From an uncultured Verrucomicrobiae bacterium (GTDB lineage Bacteria; Verrucomicrobiota; Verrucomicrobiia; Chthoniobacterales; Chthoniobacteraceae), in assembly GCA_963836755.1 (NCBI GenBank), contig CAWIKF010000001.1, positions 712,268 through 776,267 of the forward strand: a stretch of DNA of 64,000 bases, in the 5' to 3' direction. The translations under genes were made by a program, and so were the position numbers. A model generated the notes under the pieces. The model ran no database searches. It worked only from the letters and a program-made list of their open reading frames with translations, and had not been told where the DNA came from. Below, one piece after another: positions 40,489 through 49,683 of the stretch; the first letter of the stretch is position 1; each line of letters starts with the position of its first letter.

Positions 40489-41523
40489 ATGCCCAAATAC
40501 TGGCTCATCAGCGATCGCAACAACGGCCCCGGCGGTATCGGAACCGGCACAGGCCGCAACGTCCCCGGCCTCACCTACTTCGTCAGCGACGGCGGGCCGT
40601 TGAACAACATCGCCAACTGGAAAAAAGTTTCCCACGACCAATTCCAGAAGCTCCTCTCCGCCGCCGCCGACTCCTTTCCCGCATTGCCGCAGGGCGAAAA
40701 CGAAAACCAGAGCCACGTCACCATCCTCATCCACGGCTTCAACGTCAGCTTCGACCATTCCACCAGCTTCTACGAGCAACTCTGCGGCAAACTCTTCGAC
40801 GGCCCAGACAGCCTCGGCCTTTGCATCCTCTACGACTGGCCCTCGCTCGGCAACGTCGTCGGCTACGAACCCGACCGCGCCATGGCCCGCGCCTGCGCCG
40901 GCGACCTCACCGACATCCTCAGCGAGCTCTTTGACTGGCTCATTAAAAAACAGCAAACCGCCATCAACAGCGACGGCGACCCCCAGAAAGCCTGCAAGGC
41001 CAAAGTCTCCGTCATCGCCCACAGCATGGGCAATTACGTCCTGCAAAAAGCCATGGCCGCCGCCTGGACACGCAAAAACCAGCCGCTCCTCGTCAGCCTC
41101 ATCAACCAGCTCCTCATGGTCGCCGCCGATGTCGACAACGACCTCTTCGACACCGGCGCGCCCGACAACGACGACGGCGGCGCCATCGACAACCTCACCT
41201 ACCGCATCACCGCCCTCTTCAGCGGACGCGACGCCGTCCTCGGCTCCTCCGCCGGCTTGAAACATTTCGGCACCCGTCGGCTCGGGCGCAGCGGCCTCGC
41301 GCACGAGCCGCCCCTCGTCACGCAACTGCCCGCCACCGACAACGTCTGGGACATCGACTGCTCCAGCTTCTTCCCGCCGAGCGTCAATGGCCTGAACATC
41401 CACGGCGCATATTTCGTCACCGACAGCGTCATCGCCCTCATGCGGCAGATCTTGAAAGGCCTCGACCGCGGCGTGCTCGAGACCACCGGCGTCACGACCG
41501 GCCACGCATGGCCCGTTTCCTAA
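40489..41523 (+). CDS. DUF900-like alpha/beta hydrolase
   Basis: IHGFN, WPS, AHSMG nucleophile, AADVD, terminal H. Confidence 0.85.
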   Translation: MPKYWLISDRNNGPGGIGTGTGRNVPGLTYFVSDGGPLNNIANWKKVSHDQFQKLLSAAADSFPALPQGENENQSHVTILIHGFNVSFDHSTSFYEQLCGKLFDGPDSLGLCILYDWPSLGNVVGYEPDRAMARACAGDLTDILSELFDWLIKKQQTAINSDGDPQKACKAKVSVIAHSMGNYVLQKAMAAAWTRKNQPLLVSLINQLLMVAADVDNDLFDTGAPDNDDGGAIDNLTYRITALFSGRDAVLGSSAGLKHFGTRRLGRSGLAHEPPLVTQLPATDNVWDIDCSSFFPPSVNGLNIHGAYFVTDSVIALMRQILKGLDRGVLETTGVTTGHAWPVS

Positions 41524-41577
41524 AAATGAAAAGCCCCAGCCTTCGCGCCTGATCAAACTTTTCCGCCAAACCCCCCA

Positions 41578-42291
41578 GTGCCGCGCAGTTACTACCAAAT
41601 GATCATCCCCATGAACGTCGACGTCGACGGCGCGCCAAACGCCTACGGCCCAGCCGGCCTCCCGACCCTCGACGACGAGCGGAACGCCCGCTATTGGGTC
41701 AACCGCCAGCCCACCGACCGCGTCGCAGGCTACCGCACCCACGACGGCACATGCCGCACCCCCATTTTACAAGGCCCCGCCGACCCGTTCCCCGGCTACT
41801 ACATCTCCACCAGCGGCTACGAAGACATCCGCAACGCCAACGAAAACGACCCGCGCCGCTACGTCAACGCCGCCGAAATCAACTACACCGTCCTCGGCAC
41901 CGCCGCCCAGCAAGCCGGCGTCCTCCCCGGCGACTTCTGCACCGTCCACAGCCTCCGCACCCGCTTCGTCGCCTACGCCATCGTCGGCGACACCGGAAAC
42001 TCCAGCGGCGCCGAAGGCTCCCTCGCACTCCTCCAGCGCCTCGGCTACACCGTCCGCGACGGCCGCTCCGGCTCCGTCGAGCAGGCCGAAATCGTCGTCC
42101 GCCACTTCCCCGGCTCCAATCCCGCCCACCTCTTCTTCCACACACAGGCCGATCTCGAAGACGCCGCACGCAGCCTCGATCTCGACATCGACTTCTCCGA
42201 GTTCCATCCCGGCGACCCCGGCAAACTCATCCTCCAGGCCGTCGCCGCCGGCGACCCCGCAGCAGGCCAGCCCGGCACGGCACAAATTTAA
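41578..42291 (+). CDS. GH75 chitosanase-like glycoside hydrolase
   Basis: MNVDVDGAPNAY, YVNA..INY.VL, AIVGDTG...EGS.AL. Confidence 0.65.
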   Translation: MPRSYYQMIIPMNVDVDGAPNAYGPAGLPTLDDERNARYWVNRQPTDRVAGYRTHDGTCRTPILQGPADPFPGYYISTSGYEDIRNANENDPRRYVNAAEINYTVLGTAAQQAGVLPGDFCTVHSLRTRFVAYAIVGDTGNSSGAEGSLALLQRLGYTVRDGRSGSVEQAEIVVRHFPGSNPAHLFFHTQADLEDAARSLDLDIDFSEFHPGDPGKLILQAVAAGDPAAGQPGTAQI

Positions 42292-42292
42292 C

Positions 42293-42586
42293 ATGAGCCA
42301 CCTCCTCGTTCGGCAAAAAGTAGCCGACTTCCGCCACTGGAAACGCGCCTACGACGCCCATCGCCCCGCGCGCGAATCCGCCACCCTGCACGAAATCGCC
42401 CTCTTCCACGATCAGGAAGAGCCCGACAACATCCACGTCCTTTTCAAAGTGGGCGACTCGGAAAAAGTCCGCGCCTTCATCGCGTCGGAAGATCTGCGCG
42501 AAACCATGCGCACCGCCGGCGTCATCGACACCCCGAGCATCCACTTCCTCACCGCCGCCTCCGCCGCGAAGCTGCCCTCAAACTAG
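42293..42586 (+). CDS. Small dimeric alpha-beta-barrel ('cyclase'-like) hypothetical protein
   Basis: VADFRHWKRAYDA...LRETMRTAGV. Confidence 0.6.
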   Translation: MSHLLVRQKVADFRHWKRAYDAHRPARESATLHEIALFHDQEEPDNIHVLFKVGDSEKVRAFIASEDLRETMRTAGVIDTPSIHFLTAASAAKLPSN

Positions 42587-42600
42587 GAACGGATCGACCT

Positions 42601-43209
42601 ATGCGCTCCCCTTACACCGGCATCCTTCTATCACTCTTTACATGCATTGGTTCGGGAAACACCAATGCGGGTCAAAGGCTGATCGCTGACCCTGTAAAGG
42701 ACTTCATCGCGGATGGACACCATTTTCGGAAGGACATCCCGCTACTACGCATCGACGTCGACATGAACAACGATGGCTACAAGGAAACCCTCCTCTCATG
42801 GGCCGATGAGACCGATGGCCAGCAAGGCAACATATGGTTCGTCTATAAAGGAACTAAAAAGGGATATGTGAATCTCAACAACATCATTGAGTTTCATGGC
42901 GACTGGTTTTCCATTCGCTACATTGGGCGCCTGGGCTGCAAAGGCCTGGTTGCTTATTCCAGAGGGGGAGGCCGTATCGGGACCTATATCGCCTACGTGA
43001 TCAAAGGAGACCGCGTCATCGACGTCCAGCTGGAGGGTCTCGGCATGTATGATTCGGACAAAAAGCGTGAAGCTTTAAGCAGAAAGTATTTCGGAATCAT
43101 TGAGGGAGATACGGCTCTCAAGACTCCTGCCCCCGTGAAGGAACTCTACCCGCCCGAACTGGCCGCCAAATATCACCTGCCGCTGATTTACCATCCACTC
43201 CCATGGTAA
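42601..43209 (+). CDS. Secreted hypothetical protein, lower GC
   Basis: Signal-like N-terminus; DMNNDGYKE Ca-loop-like motif. Confidence 0.6.
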   Translation: MRSPYTGILLSLFTCIGSGNTNAGQRLIADPVKDFIADGHHFRKDIPLLRIDVDMNNDGYKETLLSWADETDGQQGNIWFVYKGTKKGYVNLNNIIEFHGDWFSIRYIGRLGCKGLVAYSRGGGRIGTYIAYVIKGDRVIDVQLEGLGMYDSDKKREALSRKYFGIIEGDTALKTPAPVKELYPPELAAKYHLPLIYHPLPW

Positions 43210-43248
43210 TGATTGCCCCAACCATCCGATGGGCTCTTCCTGCGCCGC

Positions 43249-43521
43249 TTCTTCCGCACGGCAGACTCCTCCTGCCGCACGGTGGAACGACTTCACCGCA
43301 CGGTGGAATGGAGTTACCGCACGGGAAAACCAATGTTTGGACGCGGCGAAGCGTTCTGCCATGCGGTGGAGCGGTTCCACCGTCCGGCAGCAGCGTTCCA
43401 CGGCGCGGCAGGATCATTTCACCGCACGGCGGGACGGTTCTGCCGTGCGGCAGGAGGAATCAACCGTGCGGCAGAATCATTCTACCGTGCGGCAGAATCA
43501 TTTCACCGCAGCCGCCTGTCT
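43249..43521. repeat. 13 x 21-bp tandem array of degenerate 18-bp palindromes TTCYRCCGYRCGGYRGAA + 3 nt
   Basis: Units in exact phase at 43249, 43270, 43291 ... 43480, 43501 with no indels. Confidence 0.92.
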
Positions 43522-43609
43522 CTGTAGACGGCTCGGAAGTGTAGCGAAAGCATACAGAACTCGAACCAACTAACAACGCAGTCAGTTTACCAATAGAAAC
43601 CAAAAAATT

Positions 43610-44308
43610 ATGGCAAAATCAGATTTCGTCGACTCGAACGACGACAAGTTTTCGGCGCAACAGCAGGTCTACAAAACCAATATCCCCAGCTACGCCACCG
43701 ACCTCGGCGTGACCCCGGCTCAAGTGGCATCGCAAGCGGCGGATGCCAATTACTTCACCTACATCATCGCCTGCCAGGAGATCATGCAGAACGCGGCGCA
43801 GCAATGGACTTCCTGGAAAGACCTCATCCGCGACGGCGGCACGCCTCCCGCCGCCGGCGCCCCGGTGCTGCCGGTCTTCCCGCCGGTCGTCGCCTCCGTG
43901 GCGCCCGGCGTCGAATCGCGCTACCGCGCACTGGTGAAACAAAATAAAAGCAAGACCAACTACAACGATTCCATCGGACAGGCCCTCGGCACAGTCGGCG
44001 CAGAACAAACCGCGCCTGATCTAACCACAGTGCAACCCGAACTCGACGCCAAAATCAGTGGCACCACCGTGAATGTTGGCTGGGGCTGGGGTGGCAACAG
44101 CGCCTTCCTCGACATGATCGAGCTACAAGTCGATCGCGGCGACAGCAAAGGCTTCGTCATGCTGGCCTACGACACCACGCCCAACTACACCGACACCGCC
44201 CCATTCCCCGCCACGCCCGCGAAGTGGACCTATCGCGGCATCTACCGCGTCGGCGACAAACAAGTAGGCCTCTGGAGCAAGCCGGTGAGTGTGACGGTGG
44301 GTGGGTAG
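43610..44308 (+). CDS. Hypothetical protein: helical N-terminus plus FN3/Ig-like C-terminal domain
   Basis: A-rich leader; beta-rich C-terminus W.YRGIY...GLWS.PVSVTV; no signal peptide. Confidence 0.8.
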   Translation: MAKSDFVDSNDDKFSAQQQVYKTNIPSYATDLGVTPAQVASQAADANYFTYIIACQEIMQNAAQQWTSWKDLIRDGGTPPAAGAPVLPVFPPVVASVAPGVESRYRALVKQNKSKTNYNDSIGQALGTVGAEQTAPDLTTVQPELDAKISGTTVNVGWGWGGNSAFLDMIELQVDRGDSKGFVMLAYDTTPNYTDTAPFPATPAKWTYRGIYRVGDKQVGLWSKPVSVTVGG

Positions 44309-44340
44309 TTCAAGATATAGAACTTACTGTGAAAACCGAT

Positions 44341-44482
44341 ATCGAAACCAGCACGCCACAGCGCAACGACTTCCAACCCGCCCGACCTCGGCAAGGCCAT
44401 CTATTATGCCCTCCGCTGGAGCGGAACCAAAGGCGACCCCGGCCCCTGGAGCGCGGTGTATACAGCCGTGGTGCCTGGATAG
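44341..44482 (+). pseudogene. Orphan C-terminal fragment homologous to the preceding gene
   Basis: With one extra C near 44383 removed: IETSTPQRNDFQPADLGKAIYYALRWSGTKGDPGPWSAVYTAVVPG*. Confidence 0.6.
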
Positions 44483-44505
44483 GAAGCGACCTAGGAGCTC
44501 AAAAT

Positions 44506-45495
44506 ATGAAACTCACTTACGCTCACCTAATTGTTTCGACCTTTGCGCTTTTTCTTCTAAGCGGCTGCTTTGACTCCGCAGTAAAAAAAGCGGCGGAAGA
44601 CATCGATCGTCAAGCATACATGTTACAGCAGGAGAAGGGGGATATCAGCGCTACATACAAGCAATCGATTGCTGATCTCCAGAAGGCAAGTCAGACAGAG
44701 TTAGCGAACGAGGTTCAAAACGTGCTGGACCGTTCAGTAGATGGAGCAGCGGAGAAAACTAGTTTTGAACTAGACTTCGTTCGCAACCGTTCTGCCCAAA
44801 CCCTGAGAAAAGTCGCCGATGTCCTACGGGGAGGTAAGAAGGAGCTTATTTCATCACCGGAAATCGGTGACTGGACGCCGAAGAAGATCGACCTATACCT
44901 ACCGGCTGAACGCCGAACCAGCTTGGAGTTTTCAGGTTACGACCTAAATAACAAAACAAGTGACGGGAAAGGCCTTCGGATCGTTCTGCTGCTGTCGGAC
45001 GGTTCTAGTTCCGACGTTTCAGAACACCTTTATAAGACTACGTTCTACCACGCGGTGGTTAACACGAGCGGAAGTGGACTCCAATTTCCACAGAATAGCA
45101 AGGAACTCAGATTATTGTGGGGCGATACTTTATTGTCTCAAATCCCAGTGTTACTGCCTAAATTCAGTTGGCATCGTTCTGACAACGCCGGGACAGCTTA
45201 CTCAAAGACGTTTAGTTTCATTTCCGAAAACGAGGCCGGCGTAGATGGCGGAAAAATAGCGAGTGGACAATTCACGCTGGGTATTCCAGATGCTCGAATC
45301 TACCGAATTGACTTTCGACACGAAGGCGATGGTGCTCCTTGGAATTACCATCCTACAAACGCTCCTCCTAACGAATATCAAGGATGCACAGAGCTTTTAG
45401 ACGGTGGAAAAAGTTTTAAGTGGACGCGCCGATGGGCTGGCAAACCAACGACCGAGTATTACACGGCTTTTTACGAAATCTGGCAAACGGACTAA
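44506..45495 (+). CDS. Hypothetical lipoprotein (coiled coil plus beta domains), low GC
   Basis: Lipobox LLSGC at residue 21. Confidence 0.75.
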   Translation: MKLTYAHLIVSTFALFLLSGCFDSAVKKAAEDIDRQAYMLQQEKGDISATYKQSIADLQKASQTELANEVQNVLDRSVDGAAEKTSFELDFVRNRSAQTLRKVADVLRGGKKELISSPEIGDWTPKKIDLYLPAERRTSLEFSGYDLNNKTSDGKGLRIVLLLSDGSSSDVSEHLYKTTFYHAVVNTSGSGLQFPQNSKELRLLWGDTLLSQIPVLLPKFSWHRSDNAGTAYSKTFSFISENEAGVDGGKIASGQFTLGIPDARIYRIDFRHEGDGAPWNYHPTNAPPNEYQGCTELLDGGKSFKWTRRWAGKPTTEYYTAFYEIWQTD

Positions 45496-45509
45496 CGGCA
45501 AGCCTGTCA

Positions 45510-45833
45510 ATGACCACATTTGAGGTGAAGATTCCTGCCGGACAGACTGTCGACGTCGCCCAATACGTCAATATGTCCGGCACGTTGAATATTCTAATTC
45601 GCACTCGTGATGGTTCTAATCACCTTCCTGCTTGTTGGTGGATCGCTTGGGGTTTTGGCTCCGTGTCTCAGTTGGGAGAGCATAAAGACCATTTTACTAC
45701 GGATATTCCGGTTAGTTGGTGGCGAGGAGTTGTGCATGCCAAACTTCGAGCATCCGCAGATGATACTGACACCGTCTTAACGATCGGGGAAAACGGAGAG
45801 CTAGATTTCAGCAAAAGTTTTACGTGGCCTTGA
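45510..45833 (+). CDS. Small hypothetical protein
   Basis: ORF 14 bp after the lipoprotein gene, similar low-GC composition. Confidence 0.6.
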   Translation: MTTFEVKIPAGQTVDVAQYVNMSGTLNILIRTRDGSNHLPACWWIAWGFGSVSQLGEHKDHFTTDIPVSWWRGVVHAKLRASADDTDTVLTIGENGELDFSKSFTWP

Positions 45834-45968
45834 ACAGGGCAATTAACCATCAAATATAGATGATCAGTCTGAGCCGGTCGGCTGCCACCGCACGAAATGG
45901 AAGTGACGCGATCCCGCTCACCGCATTGTAGTAAAAGCGCGTGTGCCGAAGATTTAACGAACCGTTTT

Positions 45969-47255
45969 ATGCCACGTAAAAGATCAGCTGCCGTCTACTG
46001 GATGCCTTTTTGCGTCATGAGCATTCTCGCAAAGGCCGCGGAACCGGCGGAGGCGCCGACTCCGGCGCCGGCGGATGTGGTGGTGACGGATTCGGATCAA
46101 TACGGGGAGATTCATCTCGACTCGATGATCGCGCTGCATGGGGCAGGGTTGCGGGCTTGGGAGGAGCAGACGCCGAAGAAGGATCTGGAGGTGTATGTGG
46201 ATGGGATTTTGATTCCGCTGCCGCAGTCGCAAATCCTGCTGAGCAAGCTGCGCGATGATTGGATCAGCGTGATTCTGACGCGCGATGCGACGGACCAGGC
46301 GAGCCATGACGCGTGGGGGCCGATTCTGGAGCGGTCGATGCATTACATCGGCAAGACGCCGCATCTCGTGGATGTGACGCTGGGCCGGCAGGGGGAATTG
46401 CCGCTGCCGACGAAGGCGCGGCTGCCAATGATGATCGTGGATCGGACGTGGTTTTGGTTTTGGCTCCTGGGAATGGCGGCGCTGGCGGCGTTGCTGTTCT
46501 GGCTGGGGAAAGAGAGCGATTTGCTGCGCGATCAAGGGCCGGACCCGGCGGGCGGGCGGAAGCCTTTCAGCCTCGCGAGGACGCAGATGGCTTTCTGGCT
46601 CTTCGTGGTCGTGGCGTCGTATCTTTTCATCCTGATTGTCACCGGCGACACGAATACGATCAATGATTCGGTGCTCGGCTTGATGGGGATCATCGCCGCG
46701 ACGGGGTTCGGCGCGGTGATGGTGGATGCGTCAAAAACGAGCGCGACGCGGGCTCAGCGCGATGCGGCGCAGAAGACGCGGTCGGAGTTGCAGATGAAAA
46801 AGACGGTGGCGCCGCTGACGCCGGCGGAGGAGACGCAGCTCGCGACGGCGATTGCCGATGTGGCCCGCCGCCGACTCCGCCTCGCCCTTCCGCTCACGGT
46901 CGCGCTCCTCACCGCATCCTGCTGCAGCATGAAACAGCAGGCGCTCATCCGCAAACCGCAGACCCTCGCATTGATGGACAGAGCCAAAGCCGAATCCTTC
47001 AACGCCAACCAATCCGCCGTGCAAGCCCTCCAGCGAGGCATGAGCGCCGACTACGCGAAAGTCAGCGCCAACCCCTCAGCCAAGCCATGCGCCGAGCAAT
47101 GGACAATCCTTTCCCACCGCATCGACAGCTTCCTCGACCGCTGGCACACGAAAAAACAAAGCGCCGACGCCTCACCGGGCACCGGCACACTCAGCCCCGC
47201 ATTCGTCGATGCCGCCAAGGAACCGATAGCCGGCTCCTTCGACGCCATCCGCTGA
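45969..47255 (+). CDS. Chimeric ORF: truncated paralog of 51181-52326 fused at ~46861 to a lipoprotein-like remnant
   Basis: Near-identical peptide to the 51181 protein up to ETQLA..AD..R, then a signal-like LALPLTVALLTASCC segment. Confidence 0.7.
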   Translation: MPRKRSAAVYWMPFCVMSILAKAAEPAEAPTPAPADVVVTDSDQYGEIHLDSMIALHGAGLRAWEEQTPKKDLEVYVDGILIPLPQSQILLSKLRDDWISVILTRDATDQASHDAWGPILERSMHYIGKTPHLVDVTLGRQGELPLPTKARLPMMIVDRTWFWFWLLGMAALAALLFWLGKESDLLRDQGPDPAGGRKPFSLARTQMAFWLFVVVASYLFILIVTGDTNTINDSVLGLMGIIAATGFGAVMVDASKTSATRAQRDAAQKTRSELQMKKTVAPLTPAEETQLATAIADVARRRLRLALPLTVALLTASCCSMKQQALIRKPQTLALMDRAKAESFNANQSAVQALQRGMSADYAKVSANPSAKPCAEQWTILSHRIDSFLDRWHTKKQSADASPGTGTLSPAFVDAAKEPIAGSFDAIR

Positions 47256-47273
47256 CCCGCCACGCATTTCCTC

Positions 47274-47597
47274 ATGAACTTTGACGACTACAAAGCCGAG
47301 GCCATCCGCCGAGTCGGCGACCTCATCACCAGCCAGTTCTCCGACTCCGTCGATGCCGCCCGCGCCGACGCCGACGCACTCATCGCCCAGTGCAACGACC
47401 GCCTCGAAAAATGGACCGCCCTCCTCGCGAGCGGCCAGATCGACGCCGACGACTTCCAATGGCTCGTCGAGGCCCAGCAGGATGAAATCAAAGTAACCGC
47501 GCTCAAAAACGCCGGCATCACCCCGGAGCGCGTCAACCTTCTCGTCACCGCCACCCTCGAGATTTTGGTCAAAGTCGCCGTCGCCTCCCTCGTCTGA
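47274..47597 (+). CDS. Helical hypothetical protein
   Basis: 107-aa ORF with strong coding bias; LEKWTALLASGQID.DDFQWLV. Confidence 0.75.
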   Translation: MNFDDYKAEAIRRVGDLITSQFSDSVDAARADADALIAQCNDRLEKWTALLASGQIDADDFQWLVEAQQDEIKVTALKNAGITPERVNLLVTATLEILVKVAVASLV

Positions 47598-47609
47598 TCC
47601 TGCACTGCC

Positions 47610-48296
47610 ATGCGCGCGCTCCCACCCGAAGCACCCATCGGCGAAATCGCCGCGCAGCGCGCCATCCAGTGGCTCAAGACCACCTTCGGCATCCCCCTCG
47701 TCGCCCAAACGCAAGGCACCCCATTCACCGTCGACCACCTGTGCGGCATCGCCTGCCAGGAAACCGCCTACTTTTGGGTCAACCTTCTCGGCCGACTCCC
47801 CGACGACCAGGTCTGCGCCCGCTGCGTCCTCGATGGCAGCGGCGACTTTGAACCCGATCAAAACCCGCGCAGCGCTTTCCCGCGCAACACCGGCGAGTTT
47901 CGCTCCTGCTACGACCGCAGCACCCCCGGCTTCACCGAAATGCTGATCGGCGAGGGGAACCAGACCCGCTCCCTCCGCGGCATGAGCCCCGCCGACTGGA
48001 TCTACAAAGGCTACGGCATCTTTCAATACGACCTGCAGTTCGTGAAAACCGACATGCACTTTTTCTACGACCGGCTCTGGTATCGCTTTGAGAACTGCCT
48101 CGCCCGCGCCATGCGCGAGCTCACCCGGAACTGGCGGCTCCACAGCGGCGACCTCTTTGCCGCCATCAAAGCCTACAACGGCTGCGGCCCGAGCGCCGAG
48201 ATTTACGCCCAAAACGTCCTCGCCTACAGCGGCATCTCCGTCGAAGTCGCCGCCCTCGCCACCGCCGTCGATCCCAGCACCGGAATGCCGGCCTAA
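47610..48296 (+). CDS. Lysozyme/transglycosylase-like hypothetical protein
   Basis: Helix-end Glu (ACQET), GYGIFQ and AYNG pattern typical of SLT-like folds. Confidence 0.6.
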   Translation: MRALPPEAPIGEIAAQRAIQWLKTTFGIPLVAQTQGTPFTVDHLCGIACQETAYFWVNLLGRLPDDQVCARCVLDGSGDFEPDQNPRSAFPRNTGEFRSCYDRSTPGFTEMLIGEGNQTRSLRGMSPADWIYKGYGIFQYDLQFVKTDMHFFYDRLWYRFENCLARAMRELTRNWRLHSGDLFAAIKAYNGCGPSAEIYAQNVLAYSGISVEVAALATAVDPSTGMPA

Positions 48297-48429
48297 TCCA
48301 ATCTCGATGGTAACAACGTTCTCCTTCTACCAGCACGAAATTCCGGTGCGGCGCGAGAAATCGGTTCACCGCAAGGGCCGGGATTCCATTTATCTTGTGC
48401 GGTGGTTGTTAAAGCGCTACGGAAGTTCC

Positions 48430-49563
48430 ATGGGTTCGATGCGTAGGTGGTGGACAGCGCTCGAACGCTTCCCGCAAGACCCCGTTGGCTTCCGCCGGAA
48501 CAACTTTGACGCGATCCGGTTGTTCCTCGCCGTCCTGGTGATCTATTCCCATTCGTTCCCCTTGTCCCTCGGCGACAACAACCAGGAGCCGCTGTTTCGA
48601 ATCACGAAACACAATCTTTCCTTCGGCGGGGTCGCCGTCGCGGCGTTCTTCATAGTCAGCGGGTTTCTGATCACGCATAGCTGGATCAGGCGACCGATGC
48701 TGAAGGAATTCCTTCGGAACCGCGTGCTGCGAATCGTCCCCGGCTATGCCGCCTGCATTCTAATCAGTGCCCTCGTGATCGTGCCGTTGTTCGCCGGTGT
48801 GCAACATACGACCTCCGGGCACGCGGGATGGTTCCCGACAGCATGGGGGATTTTGACGCTCGATAAATACGAACCTGCCGGCGTTTTTCCTCACAACCCG
48901 TTCCCTGGCGAATTCAACGGGTCTCTCTGGTCGATTCACTTCGAGTTCTTGTGCTACCTGCTGGTTGGCGCTCTGGGCGTTGCCGGCATGTTGAGGCGTC
49001 GCTTCGTCGCGGTATTGCTTTTTGTCCTGCTGCCCCTTTTTGTCGCCGATCGTGTTCTTTACCACCCAATACACTGGCCGGGGTGTTTGAAATATTACCC
49101 CACCTACCTGATCGGCGACTTCGGTCTGCTGATATTTTCAACTGCGTTCTTCCTGGCCGGTTCCACGTTCCGGATTTACCTTCGACACATCCCGCGATCT
49201 CGCTGGTTGGCCGGCGTTGCCGTCCTCGTGGCAGCGTGCTCACTCCTGTTTCCCGGTGCTCCGGTTCTCGCTGCTATGTTCGCGGGCACCTACCTCATTC
49301 TCTACGTAGCATTCTCCCGGACACTGCAGTTGCACAACGCTGCCCGCTTCGGTGATTTCTCCTACGGGACATACCTGTATGCCTTCATAATTCAGCAACT
49401 GCTCGTCAGTGTTTGGCCCGGCGTGACTCCGATGCAGTTGTTCCTCGCCGCCGCGCCGCTCGCGCTGCTGGCTGGGGCCGCGAGTTGGTTCACCACGGAA
49501 CGCAGATTCCTTCGGGCGAAGCACAAGACGGCGCCCGCGACGACAACTGCTTTTCCCGCCTGA
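48430..49563 (+). CDS. Acyltransferase family 3 (OafA-like)
   Basis: NNFDAIR, FFIVSGFLI, R.LRI.P, NGSLWSI..E, GDFSYGTYLY; start uncertain. Confidence 0.9.
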   Translation: MGSMRRWWTALERFPQDPVGFRRNNFDAIRLFLAVLVIYSHSFPLSLGDNNQEPLFRITKHNLSFGGVAVAAFFIVSGFLITHSWIRRPMLKEFLRNRVLRIVPGYAACILISALVIVPLFAGVQHTTSGHAGWFPTAWGILTLDKYEPAGVFPHNPFPGEFNGSLWSIHFEFLCYLLVGALGVAGMLRRRFVAVLLFVLLPLFVADRVLYHPIHWPGCLKYYPTYLIGDFGLLIFSTAFFLAGSTFRIYLRHIPRSRWLAGVAVLVAACSLLFPGAPVLAAMFAGTYLILYVAFSRTLQLHNAARFGDFSYGTYLYAFIIQQLLVSVWPGVTPMQLFLAAAPLALLAGAASWFTTERRFLRAKHKTAPATTTAFPA

Positions 49564-49683
49564 TGCTCTCTTTTTAAAAGATTGAACTCGCAGCGCTTTT
49601 CTCACACCACGGCTTTCCAACTCCCGTTCGTTATGAAGGTTTTTAAGAAAACGCCAGACGCCGAAACTTTCACCGCAGACGCC

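Noticed and set aside
39538..41742. 734-aa minus-strand ORF (also 24214..25893 and 47172..48212)
   Set aside because: Antisense shadows of clear plus-strand genes, caused by codon bias
43249..43521. CRISPR array interpretation of either 21-bp array
   Set aside because: Units abut with only 3-5 variable nt, there are no unique spacers of CRISPR length, and no cas genes are in the window
43075..43573. Overlapping heptad-repeat ORFs on both strands
   Set aside because: They are open because the palindromic unit lacks stop codons, and the variation is not synonymous-biased; not called as CDS, though translation is not excluded
44341..44482. Diversity-generating retroelement template repeat
   Set aside because: Similarity to the upstream gene is only at the protein level and not adenine-specific, and no reverse transcriptase is in the window
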